Positions 35,407 to 46,140 of a stretch of DNA of 64,000 nucleotides are shown here, piece by piece. Position numbers and translations under genes: made by a program. The notes beneath the pieces are model-generated. The model was not told the origin of the DNA and searched no databases. It saw only the letters and a program-made list of their open reading frames with translations. The stretch spans positions 1-64,000 of the forward strand of contig JABVCE010000047.1 in assembly GCA_014905635.1 (NCBI GenBank), given 5' to 3'. Position 1 is the first letter of the stretch, and each line of letters starts with the position of its first letter. This DNA is from Scenedesmus sp. PABB004 (Eukaryota).

Positions 35407-36312
35407 CAGCCTGCTCCTGCGCGACGCTCTGCTGCTGCCCGGCTGAGACACGCCGGCGCCACCTTTGAATGTATATGGGCGAGGAGGCGGAGGAGGAGCC
35501 CGCGGGTGGGGAGGCGGCGGGCGGCGGAGGTGTGGCGCGGGCGGGAGGCCTGCCGCTGTCTGGTGGTGCTCTGACTGCGCCGCGTCTGCTGAGTTGGTGG
35601 TTGCGGCGGCGGCCTCGCCGGCGCGCCGGGGCGCTGCGGCTGGCGGTGGCGGCGGCGCGGCGCCGCCACCCGCGGCAGCGCGCCCGGCGGCGGCCTGCGG
35701 CAGCGCCTGACCTTGTGGAGGCTGGACAGCCGTGTGTGCAACGAGCGGGCGCGCGCATGCATTCCACCAGCAGCACGCACAGGGGCTGGCAGACACACGG
35801 CACGTGCGGAGAGAGGCGCCCAGCGTGCGTGCGGGGCTGCGGCCGCGACCGCGGCTGGCGGCGGCGCCGCCGGCCGGCTGGCCGGCGGGGCGGGGTCGGG
35901 CCGGGCGGGGCTGCAGCGGGCAATGCATGCCTCGGCTAGGAGGCGGTCTCGGGCCTGTAGCTGCTGCGCTAGTACGCGCGGACGCGCCGCGCGGCACTTC
36001 CAGCTGGGTAGGACAGGCAGGGGATGGGCGGGCGGGGCGGGGCGGCGGATCAGGGAGGGCGGGCGCGTGACGCGGTGCAGACAGGCAGGCAGCCAGACCC
36101 AGCGGCGGCGACAGACAGACAGTGACCCTGACGGCTGGCCGGCACTTGCTGCTGGCCCACCACCAAGTGCGGCGGCGACCGCCGCCGACCAAGTGCGGCG
36201 ACTGCCGCCGACCCAGCATATTCTTGCTGATGCCCTTTGCCGCCGCCAAGCGCGCGAGTTTTTTTGAATGCCGGCGGCGGCCACGCTGGCGGCGGCTGGC
36301 GGCCATCATGAT

Positions 36313-36371
36313 TGTAAAACCCAAAGCGCGGCGAGCGGGCGGCCGGCGTGGCAGCAAAAGGGAGAGTTACA
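36313..36371. terminator. Convergent chlorophyte poly(A) signals: TGTAA on + (36313) and on - (36367-36371)
   Basis: They lie between the convergent Pumilio and AGP-like genes. UGUAA is the known chlorophyte polyadenylation signal. Confidence 0.55.
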
Positions 36372-36869
36372 CAGACAGCTCACGCCCCCCGCACAGGGTT
36401 TGCAGGCCAGCGGGGGCCCCCACGCTCGCGCGCAGCCTCCCCACACGCACATGCGGGCGCCGCCGGCAAACGCCGGCAGGCGCCGCCCACACGCGCGCGC
36501 GCGGCAGCGCCTTTCTTTCCTCCCCAAGCAGCAGCAGCGCCGGCGCGCCGCCTTTATTCGCGAGCGGGCGGTGCGGCCGCCCGGCCCCGCACAGATGGCG
36601 CGCGGGCGGGCGGCCGCCCCGCGGCCCAGGCGCTGGCGCGCAGGCGGGCCCGGGCGGCGGCGCGCGCGCGTCTCAGCGGCGCGCCGCCAGCCCCCTCCCG
36701 CCCCCGCCAAGAATCCAGTGCAGGGAGGCGCCGGCGGCCGGCGGCGGCGGGCGCCGCAGCCGGGGCCGGGCACGGGGCACGCACGCAGCGGGGGCGGCGC
36801 CGGCGCGCGGCCGGCGCTGCGCCGGCGCGCGCCCCAGCTGAAAGGCTCGTCGGCCGGTGGGCGGCGCGC

Positions 36870-37564
36870 CTACAAGAGCAGCGCCGAGACCGCCACCGCC
36901 GCGCCGGCCAGCATCAGGGCCGCGCTCTTGGTGGCGGGCGCGGCCGCGGAGGTCTTGGGCGCCGGGGCGGCGGCGGCGGCGGCGGGCGCCGCGGGCGCGG
37001 CAATCGCGGGCGCCGGCGCGGGCGCGCTCTCGAGGCCCAGGTCGGTGCCGTCCTCGGTGAAGAGGCCGCCGTAGCTGCCCATGGGCGAGTTGCCGTAGGT
37101 GCCGGACGCCAGCAGCATCTGCTCCTCGGCGGTCAGGGCGGTGCTCGACTCGAGCAGCATCGCCGTCTGCGCCAGCAGCTCCTCCTCAGCTGCGGGCGGC
37201 GCGGCGGAGAGGTGTGTCGGGGCGGCGTGAGCCTCGGGGCGGGGCGCGGGGCCGCGCGGCGCCCTGGCGGCCGGGCTGGCGCGGGGCATTGCCCCGCATC
37301 CCGCGACCGCCGCCCCGGCGGCGCCGGGCCCGCGCCGCGCAGACGGGGGCGCATTGACGCGTTTCCAGCGGCGTGGGCGCGCCGCCGCGGCGCTCCGGTG
37401 CGTGGACGAGCCAACCGGGGCGCCCTGTACTTGCAGCTGCGCACCCCCCGCCCCGCCCCGCCGCGCCCCCGCGGCGCGGCGCGGCGTCACTCACTCAGGC
37501 TGCGGGCCTGCATGGCGGGCAGGGCGCAGAGGCAGAGCGCGAGCAGGATGAACACGCGCGCCAT
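36870..37564 (-). CDS. Secreted, probably GPI-anchored arabinogalactan-protein-like surface protein (2 exons)
   Basis: Signal peptide MARVFILLALCLCALPAMQA, AP/PA dipeptide run (SAPAPAPAIAAPAAPA), hydrophobic C-terminus KSAALMLAGAAVAVSALLL. TATA-like CATATATG near 37689-37696. Confidence 0.8.
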
Positions 37565-37952
37565 TTTGCCGCGAAGAGGCGGGACGGGCTGCGCGGGCGC
37601 TGGGGTCGACGGCGCAGGTGCTCGGGGAGCTCGGGGAGGCTCTGCGCGCGAGTGTGTGTGGGTGGCCCGACTCGGCGGCGGCGCCCTGCATATATGGGCC
37701 GCGCCATGTTAGCTGGCGCGACTCCAACCGGTGCGTCACAGGGTTGAATGCGCCCCACATTATGTGATAGGGGTGTGATGGGGCCCTTCAACTCGCCCAG
37801 CGTCGGCGCGGGGCCGTCCGCGCGCCGGCGCGGCCGGGGCGGGCAGCGGAGCGCTCCCGGCGGCGCCGCGCTCGCGCGCTGCGCCCGCGCCACGGCCGCC
37901 CGCGCCCCTCGCTGCCGCGGACGGGGCGCGCGGGACACAGGCGACACAGGCG

Positions 37953-39321
37953 TCACACTCGCGACGCGGCCTCGCCGCCGGGCGGCAGGCGCCCGAGCGC
38001 GCGCAGGCGGTCGAGCAGCGGCGGCAGGCCCTCGCTCAGCGCAAACATGAGGATCGCCCCCGCCACGCCCACGTTGAGCGACTCCATGCGCCCCACCATC
38101 GGCACTGCCAGCGGCGTCGCCGCGCGCAGCACGTCGGCCGACAGCCCCGCGCCCTCCGTGCCGAGCACCAGGCACACGCCCGGCGCGGCCGCGCCGGCGC
38201 CAGCGGCGGCGCCCTCCGGCCCCGGCCCCGGCGCCGGCGCCGGCCCCTGCTCCGGCGTCGCCGCGAGCAGCAGCAGCCCCCGGCGCCGCGACACCTCGAG
38301 CAGCTCCGGCAGGCCGCCCGCGGCGAGCGGCCAGCGCAGCGCCGCGCCGCGGCCCGCGCGGAGGGCCTTTGCGTTGAACGGGTCGCAGCAGCCCGGCAGC
38401 AGCCACACCGCGTCCCAGCCAAACGCCGCGGCGCAGCGCAGGAGCGTGCCGAGATTGCCGGGGTCCTGCACGCCCTCCAGCGCGAGCAGGCGCGGCGCCG
38501 CGCCGGCCGGCCGCGCCGCGTGCGCAGGCCAGGCGGCGAGCAGGTCGACGTAGCGCGGCAGCGCCAGCTCAGCTGCCACGCCCACGCCGGCGGCCTCCTC
38601 GAGGCCCGTGAGCTTGCGCATGACGCTCTCGCTCACGACCACGAGCCGGCCCGCCGACACGCCGCGCGGCGGGCGCGCGCCGGGCCGCACAAAGACCACG
38701 AGCGCCTCCAGCGGGCCGCCCGCCTCCTCTGCGGCGGCGTGCGCGCGGCGCGTGAGCGTGAGCGGCGCGGCGCGAGCGCGCAGGCGCCGCGCAGCCGCGG
38801 CGTGCCGGCCGGCGCCGCGCGCCTGCCAGCTCCTCGAGCAGCGGGCCGCCAGCCAGCAGCAGCCGGCCCTGCTGCTGCCGGTAGCGGGCGCTCTCGCGCA
38901 GCCGCACGCAGTGCTTCACGTACGGGTTGGCCGCGCTGCTCAGCTCCGCGCCGTCTGGCGGCAGCGGCGGGGGCGCGCGGCGGCCGCCGCCGCCGCCGTC
39001 GTCGCCGTCGGCGCTGCCGCCGCCCCGCGCGTCGCCGGCGCCGCTGCTCAGCGCCCGCGCGGCCTGCGGCCCCGGGCGCCGGCCGCGCGGCGGCGGCGCG
39101 GCTGCGCCGCCGCCCGCGCCGCTCGGCGCGCAGCAGCCGCCGCGCCGCCGCGCCGCAAGCAGCAGCGGCGCCAGGCTGGCGCTGCCGGCAGCGGCGGCCG
39201 CCGGCGGCCGCGCCTGCGCCCGCGGCGGCGCCCAGGCGCCGCCCGGCGGCGTTGGCGCCGCGCCGCCGGCCAGCTGCGCCGCGCCGCGCAGCGCGCGCCG
39301 CGCGAGCCGCGCCGCGCGCAT
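37953..39321 (-). CDS. SpoU/TrmH-family RNA 2'-O-methyltransferase, organelle-targeted
   Basis: SSAANPYVK; LEGVQDPGNLGTLLRCAAAFG; DPFNAKALRA; LVLGTEGAGL; VPMVGRMESLNVGVAG. Confidence 0.93.
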
Positions 39322-39646
39322 GCCGGCGGCCGCTGCCGCCGCTGCCGTCGCTGCCGCCGGGGAGCAGGCGCGTGCGGTCGGGCGGCGCGCGGCCTGCAGC
39401 TGGCTGGCCGCTCCCTGGTGGTGCGCGGGCGGCGGAGGCAGGGAGTGAGCGCCGCCCGCGTCGCCGCGTGGCCGCGAGCCATGCTTCGCTATCCGCTGTG
39501 GCGCGGGTTCAGCGGCGGAGCGCGGCGCGCGCACGCGGTCGCCGCCGCCCGCCCCACGCGCTGCCAGTCCGGCGCGCGCGCTGTCCGTCAGCAGGAGGCG
39601 CACCCAGCGGCCCCCCACGCGCCCCGCAGGCAGCAGGCCGTGCCGG

Positions 39647-40387
39647 ATGCTGCTGCGGGCCCCCGCCGCGCCTGCGGCGCCCGGGAGCGCGCCACGGCGC
39701 TCGGGAACGCTGAATTCGCGGTGCTGCGGAGCCAATGAGGCCGGCTGGAGGGCTCGGCGCGGCGTGTGCGCCGCGGCGTCGCCTGCCGCGGGCGCGCCCG
39801 GGCCAGACGCGGCACAGGTGGGCCCGCCGGCGGGCGCCGCGGCTGCCCTGACCCGCGCGTGACGCATGCCGCCGGCGTGGCGCAGCGCCGGCCGCGGCGG
39901 CGGCGGCAGCAGCGGGCGGCGCCGCCGCGCCCACCCGCGCTCCCCGCTCCCCCCGTCGCAGGCCGTGCTGGATCGCTACCGTGCGATGCTGTCCGACTAC
40001 CGCCAGCACAAGGCGGCGCTGGGCGGCTGGCTGGCCGCGGTCGCGGCCGCGCAGCGCCGGCCGCCGTGCCTGCTGGACGCGGAGGCGACGGGCGACGCCG
40101 CGCTGCTGCGCCGCTTCCAGGCGTACGTCATGGCGCGGCGGCGCCTGCTCGCGGAGGTCCCGCTGCTGCGCGAGGAGCTCGCCGCGGCGGAGGCCGGCGC
40201 GCACGGCCACGCCGGGCCGCACGGGGGCCCGCGCGCCGGCCTGAGCGCCAACGGCGCGCCCCCCGGCAGCCGCGCGCAGGCGGTGGGCCAGTTTTACGCG
40301 GCGCTGAACTACAGGCAGCAGCACCGCCCCGGCGCGCCCGCCGCGGCCGGGGACGGCGCGGCCGCGAGCGGCGCGGCCGCAAGCGGC

Positions 40388-40424
<37 letters not shown>

Positions 40425-41347
40425 GCGGCGGCAGCAGCAGCGGCGCGCCGCGCGCGGCGGCAGCGGCGGCCGGCGCAGGCGCGCCGGCGGCGGGCGCCGG
40501 TGATGCGGGCCACCTGCTGTCGGCCGCTACGAGCGGCGCCGGCGGCGGCCCGGGCGCGAGCCGCGCCGCGAGCGCGGCCCTGGCGGCGCTGGCGTACAAG
40601 CGGCGCGCGGCCGGCGGGAGCGGCGATGGCAGCGGCAGCGGCGGCGGTGCGGAGCAGGCGCGCGGCAGGCCGCTGGCGGTGCTGCAGGCGGAGTCGCCGC
40701 CGCCGCCGCCCGGCTACGCGCCCGGCGGCGGCGTGGTGGTGGGCGCGGTCGAGGCGGCGCGCGGCGACGTCAACGCGCTGCGCCGCAACACTCGGCCGCT
40801 CGACGCGGACGTCTCGCTCGCGGCGACGCTGCAGGGCGTGCCGGGCGGGCTCGGCGCCGCCGAGCAAGCGCCCGCGCCCGCCGCACCGCCACAGGCGGCC
40901 GCGCCCGGCGGCGAGGCGGAGCTCGCAGCGCGACGCCTGGCGGCGGCGCGCGCGGCGGCCGAGGCCGCGGCCGCGCCCGTGGGCGAGGTCATGACGGCGC
41001 GGTTCAACCCCAGCGCGGGCCGCGCGCGGCGGCTCGCGCCGGGCGCGCAGCTCGACGATTACTTTGCCGGCGTGGCGGCGGCGCACGCCCAGCAGCTCGC
41101 GGCGGGCGCGGCGGCACCGGGCGCGGCGGCGGGCGTGGCGCAGCAGGGGTGGCAGCAGGCGCCCGCGCAGCAGCAGCAGCAGCAGGGGCAGCAGCAGCTG
41201 CAGCAGGCGGGGCAGCAGGCGGCGGTCGGGGCGAGCGGCGCCCCTACCGCCAGCGGCAGCGGCAGCAGCCAGGCACAGCAGCGGCAGGGCCACGGCGCTG
41301 AGGAGGAGCTGCTGCTGCCGGGCGACATTCTTCCGTTGCCGACGTAG
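39647..41347 (+). CDS. Hypothetical protein, possibly plastid-targeted (2 exons)
   Basis: Transit-like exon 1 to 39817. Exon 2 from 39962 has a helical domain (AVLDRYRAMLSDYRQHKAALGGWL...RRPPCLLD...FQAYVMARRRLL) and a low-complexity tail. Confidence 0.65.
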
Positions 41348-41583
41348 GTAGCTGGCAGGCACGTGGTGCAGGCATGGCGGCAGGCTTCTGTGCGGGGGTG
41401 TACATCGCGGCTGTACAGCAGGGCGGCGGCGTGGGGTCGTGGTGTGCCTGGTGGTGTGCCTGGTGGTGGACCGGCCTCGTCGGGCGGCGCTCGTTGCATT
41501 GCACGCGGGCAAAAGCCAAAACACAACGCTGCGCCGTCGCTGCAACGCTCCGCTCGCGCCACACCGCGCCGCTCGCGCTCGCT

Positions 41584-41615
<32 letters not shown>

Positions 41616-41628
41616 TCGGCGCCGCCGC

Positions 41629-43704
41629 TCACGGCGGCGCGCCCGCCCAGCGGCTGAAGCGGTCCTGCCCCAGCGTCCAGAGCACGGTGAACATCATGTT
41701 CTGCAGCCCGTTGGCAGCGATGCGCGTGGACAGGCCCCGCGTCCACAGCCCCGCCACGCCGTCCGACGCGACGACCGACTGCGCGCGGCGGCGCGCGGCG
41801 CGGCGGCGTGGCGGCACACGTCGCGCCGCGCTGCGCGCCGGCCGCCGCCGGGCGCGCGCTGCAGCGCGCCTGGCGTGCCCCCCCCCCCCCCCCCTGCCGC
41901 CGCAGCGCGCTCGGCGCACCGCGACTGCGTCGCGGTAGCTCATCGTCTCGCGCGCGGTCTGCCGCGTCGTCTTGACCACGCGCACGCCGTTGCTGCACAC
42001 GTCGGCGGCCACGCCCGCGGCAAAGCCGATGCCCGCGCTGCGCAGCAGGCGGCCGCCGAGGCTGTCGGGCAGCGGCAGCGCGCCGTTGAGGTAGTTGTAC
42101 TGCGGCCGTGTGCGTGTGGTGCGTGTGTGGGTGTGGGTGTGTGCGTGTGTGTGGGGGGGGGTGTTGCGTGTGAGAGGACGGTGCGGAGGAGCGAGGGGCG
42201 AGCGGCGCACGCTGCCCGCGCACGCCCCGCGGCGCGGCGCGGCGGGCGGGGCTCGCACCGTCGAGAACCAGGGCCAGTGGCCCACGACCGTGGCCGCCGC
42301 GGACGCGCCGGCGCCGTGGTAGAGCACCGACGGCCCGTGCGCGCGCACCTTGGCGCCCAGGTGGCGCAGCCCCGCCGCGCCCTCGACCTGACCAGGTCGC
42401 GCGCGGGCGGCCGCCGCGCGGCGCCGGCGGGACGCGGCGGGCGTGAGCGGCCGCCGAGCAGCCGCGCGCCGCCCAAAGCGCGGCCGGGCGCCCCCGCGGG
42501 CGGCGCCCACCTGCATCATGGTCTTGGCCGCGTCCAGGGGCAGCAGCAGCATGCGCCACGCGCCCGCCGCGAGGCTCGCCGCCGCGGTCTGCACGCCGAG
42601 CGGCAGCCGCCGCGTCGCCTCGAGCTCGCCCAGCACCGACAGCACGCCCGCGTTGGCGGCGGTGTCGCCGAAGCGGCAGAGCGGGCCCTGCCACGGCGCG
42701 GCGCGGCGCGGTGCGGCGCGGCGGCTCGCGCCCGCGCCCGCGGCTGCAGCCGCGCCTGCCTCGGCCGCCAACTGCACCCGACCACACGCACCCGCCCGCC
42801 CCACGCCCCCCACCTGCAGCAGCGCGGGCCCCACGCCCCGATAGAAGCGGCGCAGCCCGCCGTCGGCGTAGAGCGCGGCCAGCGCGGCGCGCGGCGAGGC
42901 GCCGGTGCGGTACTGGTAGTTGACCTGTGGGCGCACCCGGGGAGGGGAGGGACGGGGAGGGGACGGGGCCGCGCCGCGGGGGCGGGCGGGGGTGGGGTGG
43001 GCGGGCGGCCAGGCGTGCGCGGGCAGGGCGGGGCAGCGCTGCGCTGCGCGGCGCGGCACGGCACCGCCGCACCGTCGTGCGCAGCCACATGAGCGCCAGC
43101 ACTTGCACCACCATCGCCGATGCGCCCGGCAGCCCGCCGCCGAGCGCGCGCGCACCGGCGCTGCGCAGGATCTCGCGCGCCGAGCGCGGCGCCCGCCGCT
43201 CGGGCGCGCCGCCGCCGCCGCCGCCGGGGTCGCGCGGCGCCGCGCTCGGCGCTGCTGCCGCGGCGCCGCTGCTGCGCTCGGCGGCGCTGTGCGCCACGAC
43301 CGGGGCCAGCAGCTCGCGCCGCACGCGCGCGCCGCCGCCGGCGGCAGCAGGGACCAGGGCGGCGCCGCCTGCGCCGCCTGCGCCGCCGGCCACGCGCCCC
43401 GACGGCGGCGCGCGCCGCGCCGCTGCCGGCCGGCGCTGCGAGCCGCGGCGGCCACGCGTCGCCGCGCCGCCGCGGCCCCGGCGGCTCCGCCATGCGGGGC
43501 CCGGGCTGCGGCGCTCTGCCGGCTTGCTGGCCGCCGCGGCGGCCCGGCGCGGCCGCGCTGCTGGCGCGCTGGCGGCGGCGTCGACGTGGCGGGCCCGCAG
43601 CGAGCGGCGGCGCGTGGCGGCGGCGGGGCTCGCGACTTCGCAGCGATCGGAGTGAGGGCGAGGGCCGGCGCGTTGGCGGCGCGCACGCGGCCCTGCTGCG
43701 TCAT
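41629..43704 (-). CDS. Mitochondrial carrier family (SLC25) protein
   Basis: LMWLRTTVNYQYR; GGLRRFYRG; LPLDAAKTMMQ; SVLYHG; SNGVRVVKTTRQ; DGVAGLWTRGL. Start position uncertain. Confidence 0.88.
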   Translation of the reverse strand: MTQQGRVRAANAPALALTPIAAKSRAPPPPRAAARCGPATSTPPPARQQRGRAGPPRRPASRQSAAARAPHGGAAGAAAARRRVAAAARSAGRQRRGARRRRGAWPAAQAAQAAPPWSLLPPAAARACGASCWPRSWRTAPPSAAAAPRQQRRARRRATPAAAAAARPSGGRRARRARSCAAPVRARSAAGCRAHRRWWCKCWRSCGCARRCGGAVPRRAAQRCPALPAHAWPPAHPTPARPRGAAPSPPRPSPPRVRPQVNYQYRTGASPRAALAALYADGGLRRFYRGVGPALLQVGGVGRAGACGRVQLAAEAGAAAAAGAGASRRAAPRRAAPWQGPLCRFGDTAANAGVLSVLGELEATRRLPLGVQTAAASLAAGAWRMLLLPLDAAKTMMQVGAARGGARPRFGRRAAARRPLTPAASRRRRAAAARARPGQVEGAAGLRHLGAKVRAHGPSVLYHGAGASAAATVVGHWPWFSTVRAPPAAPRRGACAGSVRRSPLAPPHRPLTRNTPPHTHAHTHTHTRTTRTRPQYNYLNGALPLPDSLGGRLLRSAGIGFAAGVAADVCSNGVRVVKTTRQTARETMSYRDAVAVRRARCGGRGGGGGHARRAAARARRRPARSAARRVPPRRRAARRRAQSVVASDGVAGLWTRGLSTRIAANGLQNMMFTVLWTLGQDRFSRWAGAPP

Positions 43705-43893
43705 GACAGCAGAGGCGCGGGCTTGGGGCGCTGCTGCGCCGCGTGGGGCTCGGCGTGGCGGTCCCGCTCGCAGGGCGTCGCGGCGGATTTGCAGCCGCCC
43801 TCCACGCATCGGAGCCGCCCGCCAGCGCCCGCCTGTGCGCCCGCAGCAGGCTCGGAAGCGCCCCCCGCGGCCCCGGCACGCGCGGCGGGCGCG

Positions 43894-44877
43894 ATGCAGC
43901 TCGCACGGGCGCCCTGCGGGGCGTGCGTGCGATCTCCCCTCAAATGCGCCGCGCAGCCGCGCCCCTCGCTGCGCCTGCGCGCCAGCAGCGCGGGTGCGCG
44001 CTGCTGCTGCTGCCCCGGGCGCATGCATGGCCGCGCGGCTTGCCCTCACCGCCCGGACCTCGCAGGAGCTCGCTGTGCCCCGCAGCGCCCGCCGCAGCGC
44101 CCGGCGCGGCAGCGGCGCGGCGCCGCGGCGGCGGCCTCGGCGGGCGCGGGCGCCGCCGTGCCGGAGCCCGGCGGCCAGCAGCAGTGAGCGGCCGCGCCTG
44201 GGCGGCGGGGGGGGGGGGGGGGGGGGGGCGGCTGCGCCTGTCGTGCCGGCAGCGCGCGCACGGCGCCGCCGAGCGCGCCGCCGCCGCCGCCGCCCCGCCG
44301 CGCAGGCCGTCGGCGCCCGGCGGCGGCGCGCGGGGCAACCGCGCGGTCGTGCTGGGCCTGCTGGGCGCCGCCGCGGCGGGCGCGGGGGCGACCGCGCTGT
44401 ACGTGAGCGGGCACGCGAGCAGCCTGCAGGCCGCGCTCATGGCGGGCCCCGCGGGGCGCAGCGGGCTGCTCGCCAGCTTCTGCCTCATCTTCCTCAGCGA
44501 GCTCGGCGACAAGACCTTTTTCATCGCCGCGCTGCTCGCGATGCGCCTGGGGCGCTGGGTGAGCTTTGCGGGCAGCCTCGCCGCGCTGGCGGTGATGACG
44601 CTCATCAGCGTGGGCATCGGCGCCGCGTGCAGCCGCGTGCCCGACGCGCTGCGCAGCAGCCTGCCCGTCGGCGAGATCGCGGGCGTCGCGCTGCTGGTGT
44701 TCTTCGGGCTCAAGGCGCTCAAGGTGCGTGCGGGTGGGTGGATGGGTGGGTGGGTGGGTGGGTGGGTGGGTGGTGGGTGGGCGGGCGGGCGGGCGGGTGG
44801 GTGGGTGGGTGGGTGGGTGGGTGGGTGGGTGGGTGGGTGGGTGGGTGGGTGGGTGGGTGACGGTCGGGTGACGGGCG

Positions 44878-44951
<74 letters not shown>

Positions 44952-45539
44952 GGTGCGACGGGCGGCGCACGGCACGCCCCACACGCGCGCCCCTCGCGCT
45001 GCCCCGCGGCGCGCCGCCGCAGGCCGCGCGCGACGTCGGCGCGCCGGGCGGGTCGAGCGCGAGCGACGAGGAGCTGGCGGACGCGCAGGAGGCGGTCGAA
45101 GAGTTCACAGCCAAGGCCCAGGCCGGCGGCGGGCGCGGCGGCGCCGGCGCGGCGCCGCTCGCGAGCGTGCTGGAGGTGGCGGGGCTCATCTTCCTGGCAG
45201 AGTGGGGCGACCGCAGCATGCTGGCGACCATCGCGCTCGGCGCGGCGCAGGCGCGGCGCGGCGCGCGGCGCGCGGCGCGGGTGGCGCGGCCCCGCGCGCC
45301 CCGCAGCGGCGCTCGCCCGCCCGCCCGCCCACCTCGCCCGCGCGCCGCGCCGCGCCCGCGCCGCGCAGAACCCCGTGGGCGTCGCGGTCGGCGCGACCGC
45401 GGGCCACGCGCTCGCGACCGCGCTCGCCGTCGCGGGCGGCGCGCTCGCCGGCAAGTATGTGAGCGAGCGCACGGTCAATCTGGTCAGCGGCGTGCTCTTC
45501 CTGCTCTTTGCCGCGGCGACCGTCTTCACCATGGTCTGA
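43894..45539 (+). CDS. CMT1: UPF0016/GDT1-family Mn2+/Ca2+ transporter, chloroplast envelope CMT1/PAM71-HL type
   Basis: Twin motifs IFLSELGDKTFFIAALLAM and FLAEWGDRSMLATIAL. The SRVPDALRSSLPVGE segment resembles the CMT1 subgroup. Confidence 0.88.
44732..44951 (+). repeat. (GGGT)n followed by (GGC)n microsatellites in a GDT1-gene intron; G-quadruplex-prone
   Basis: Directly visible, about 30 and about 24 units. Confidence 0.9.
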
Positions 45540-46140
45540 GGCCTCGCGCGGCTGTGTGCGTGTGCGTGTGCACACGCCGCCGCCGGCGGCCAGGGCGCGG
45601 CGAGGGAGCGGCGGGGAGGGACGGCGCGCGGCTCTGACGGCCGCGGGGGCACTCGGCCCGCAGCCGCGTGCCCCGCTGGTTGGTCGGGGCTCGCAGCTGC
45701 CCGGCGGCACCACTCTGTCCCGCCCGCGCAGCTGTGCGGGCGATTTTGGCGCGGGGCGCGGCGGCTGACGCGCGAGGGCGGCGGCTGCGCGCGCGCTGCC
45801 CGGCGTTGGTCGACGGGCGCGCCTCGCATTGGGGCTGCTGGCGGCGAGTGCTGCTGGCGGCATGTGCGTGCGGCGAGGGCGGCTCGCGCCGTGCGCTGCC
45901 GCAAGTAATCATCGCTGCTGCGTTGCCGCTGCTGCTGCCACCGCCCGCCGTCGCAGCGCGGATCACGGCCGGCCGCCAATCAAGAGGTTTCCACCCCGCC
46001 CGCGGCCGCGCCAGCGAGCGGCAGCACGCCTGCAGCCGCGCGCCGCGGCTGGTCGCTGGGAGCCCGCGCCGCGGCGCCGCCGGCTGCGGCCGCCGCCGCT
46101 GGCGCGGCCGCGCGCGCTGTGTGTGCGCGTGCCGCGCCCT

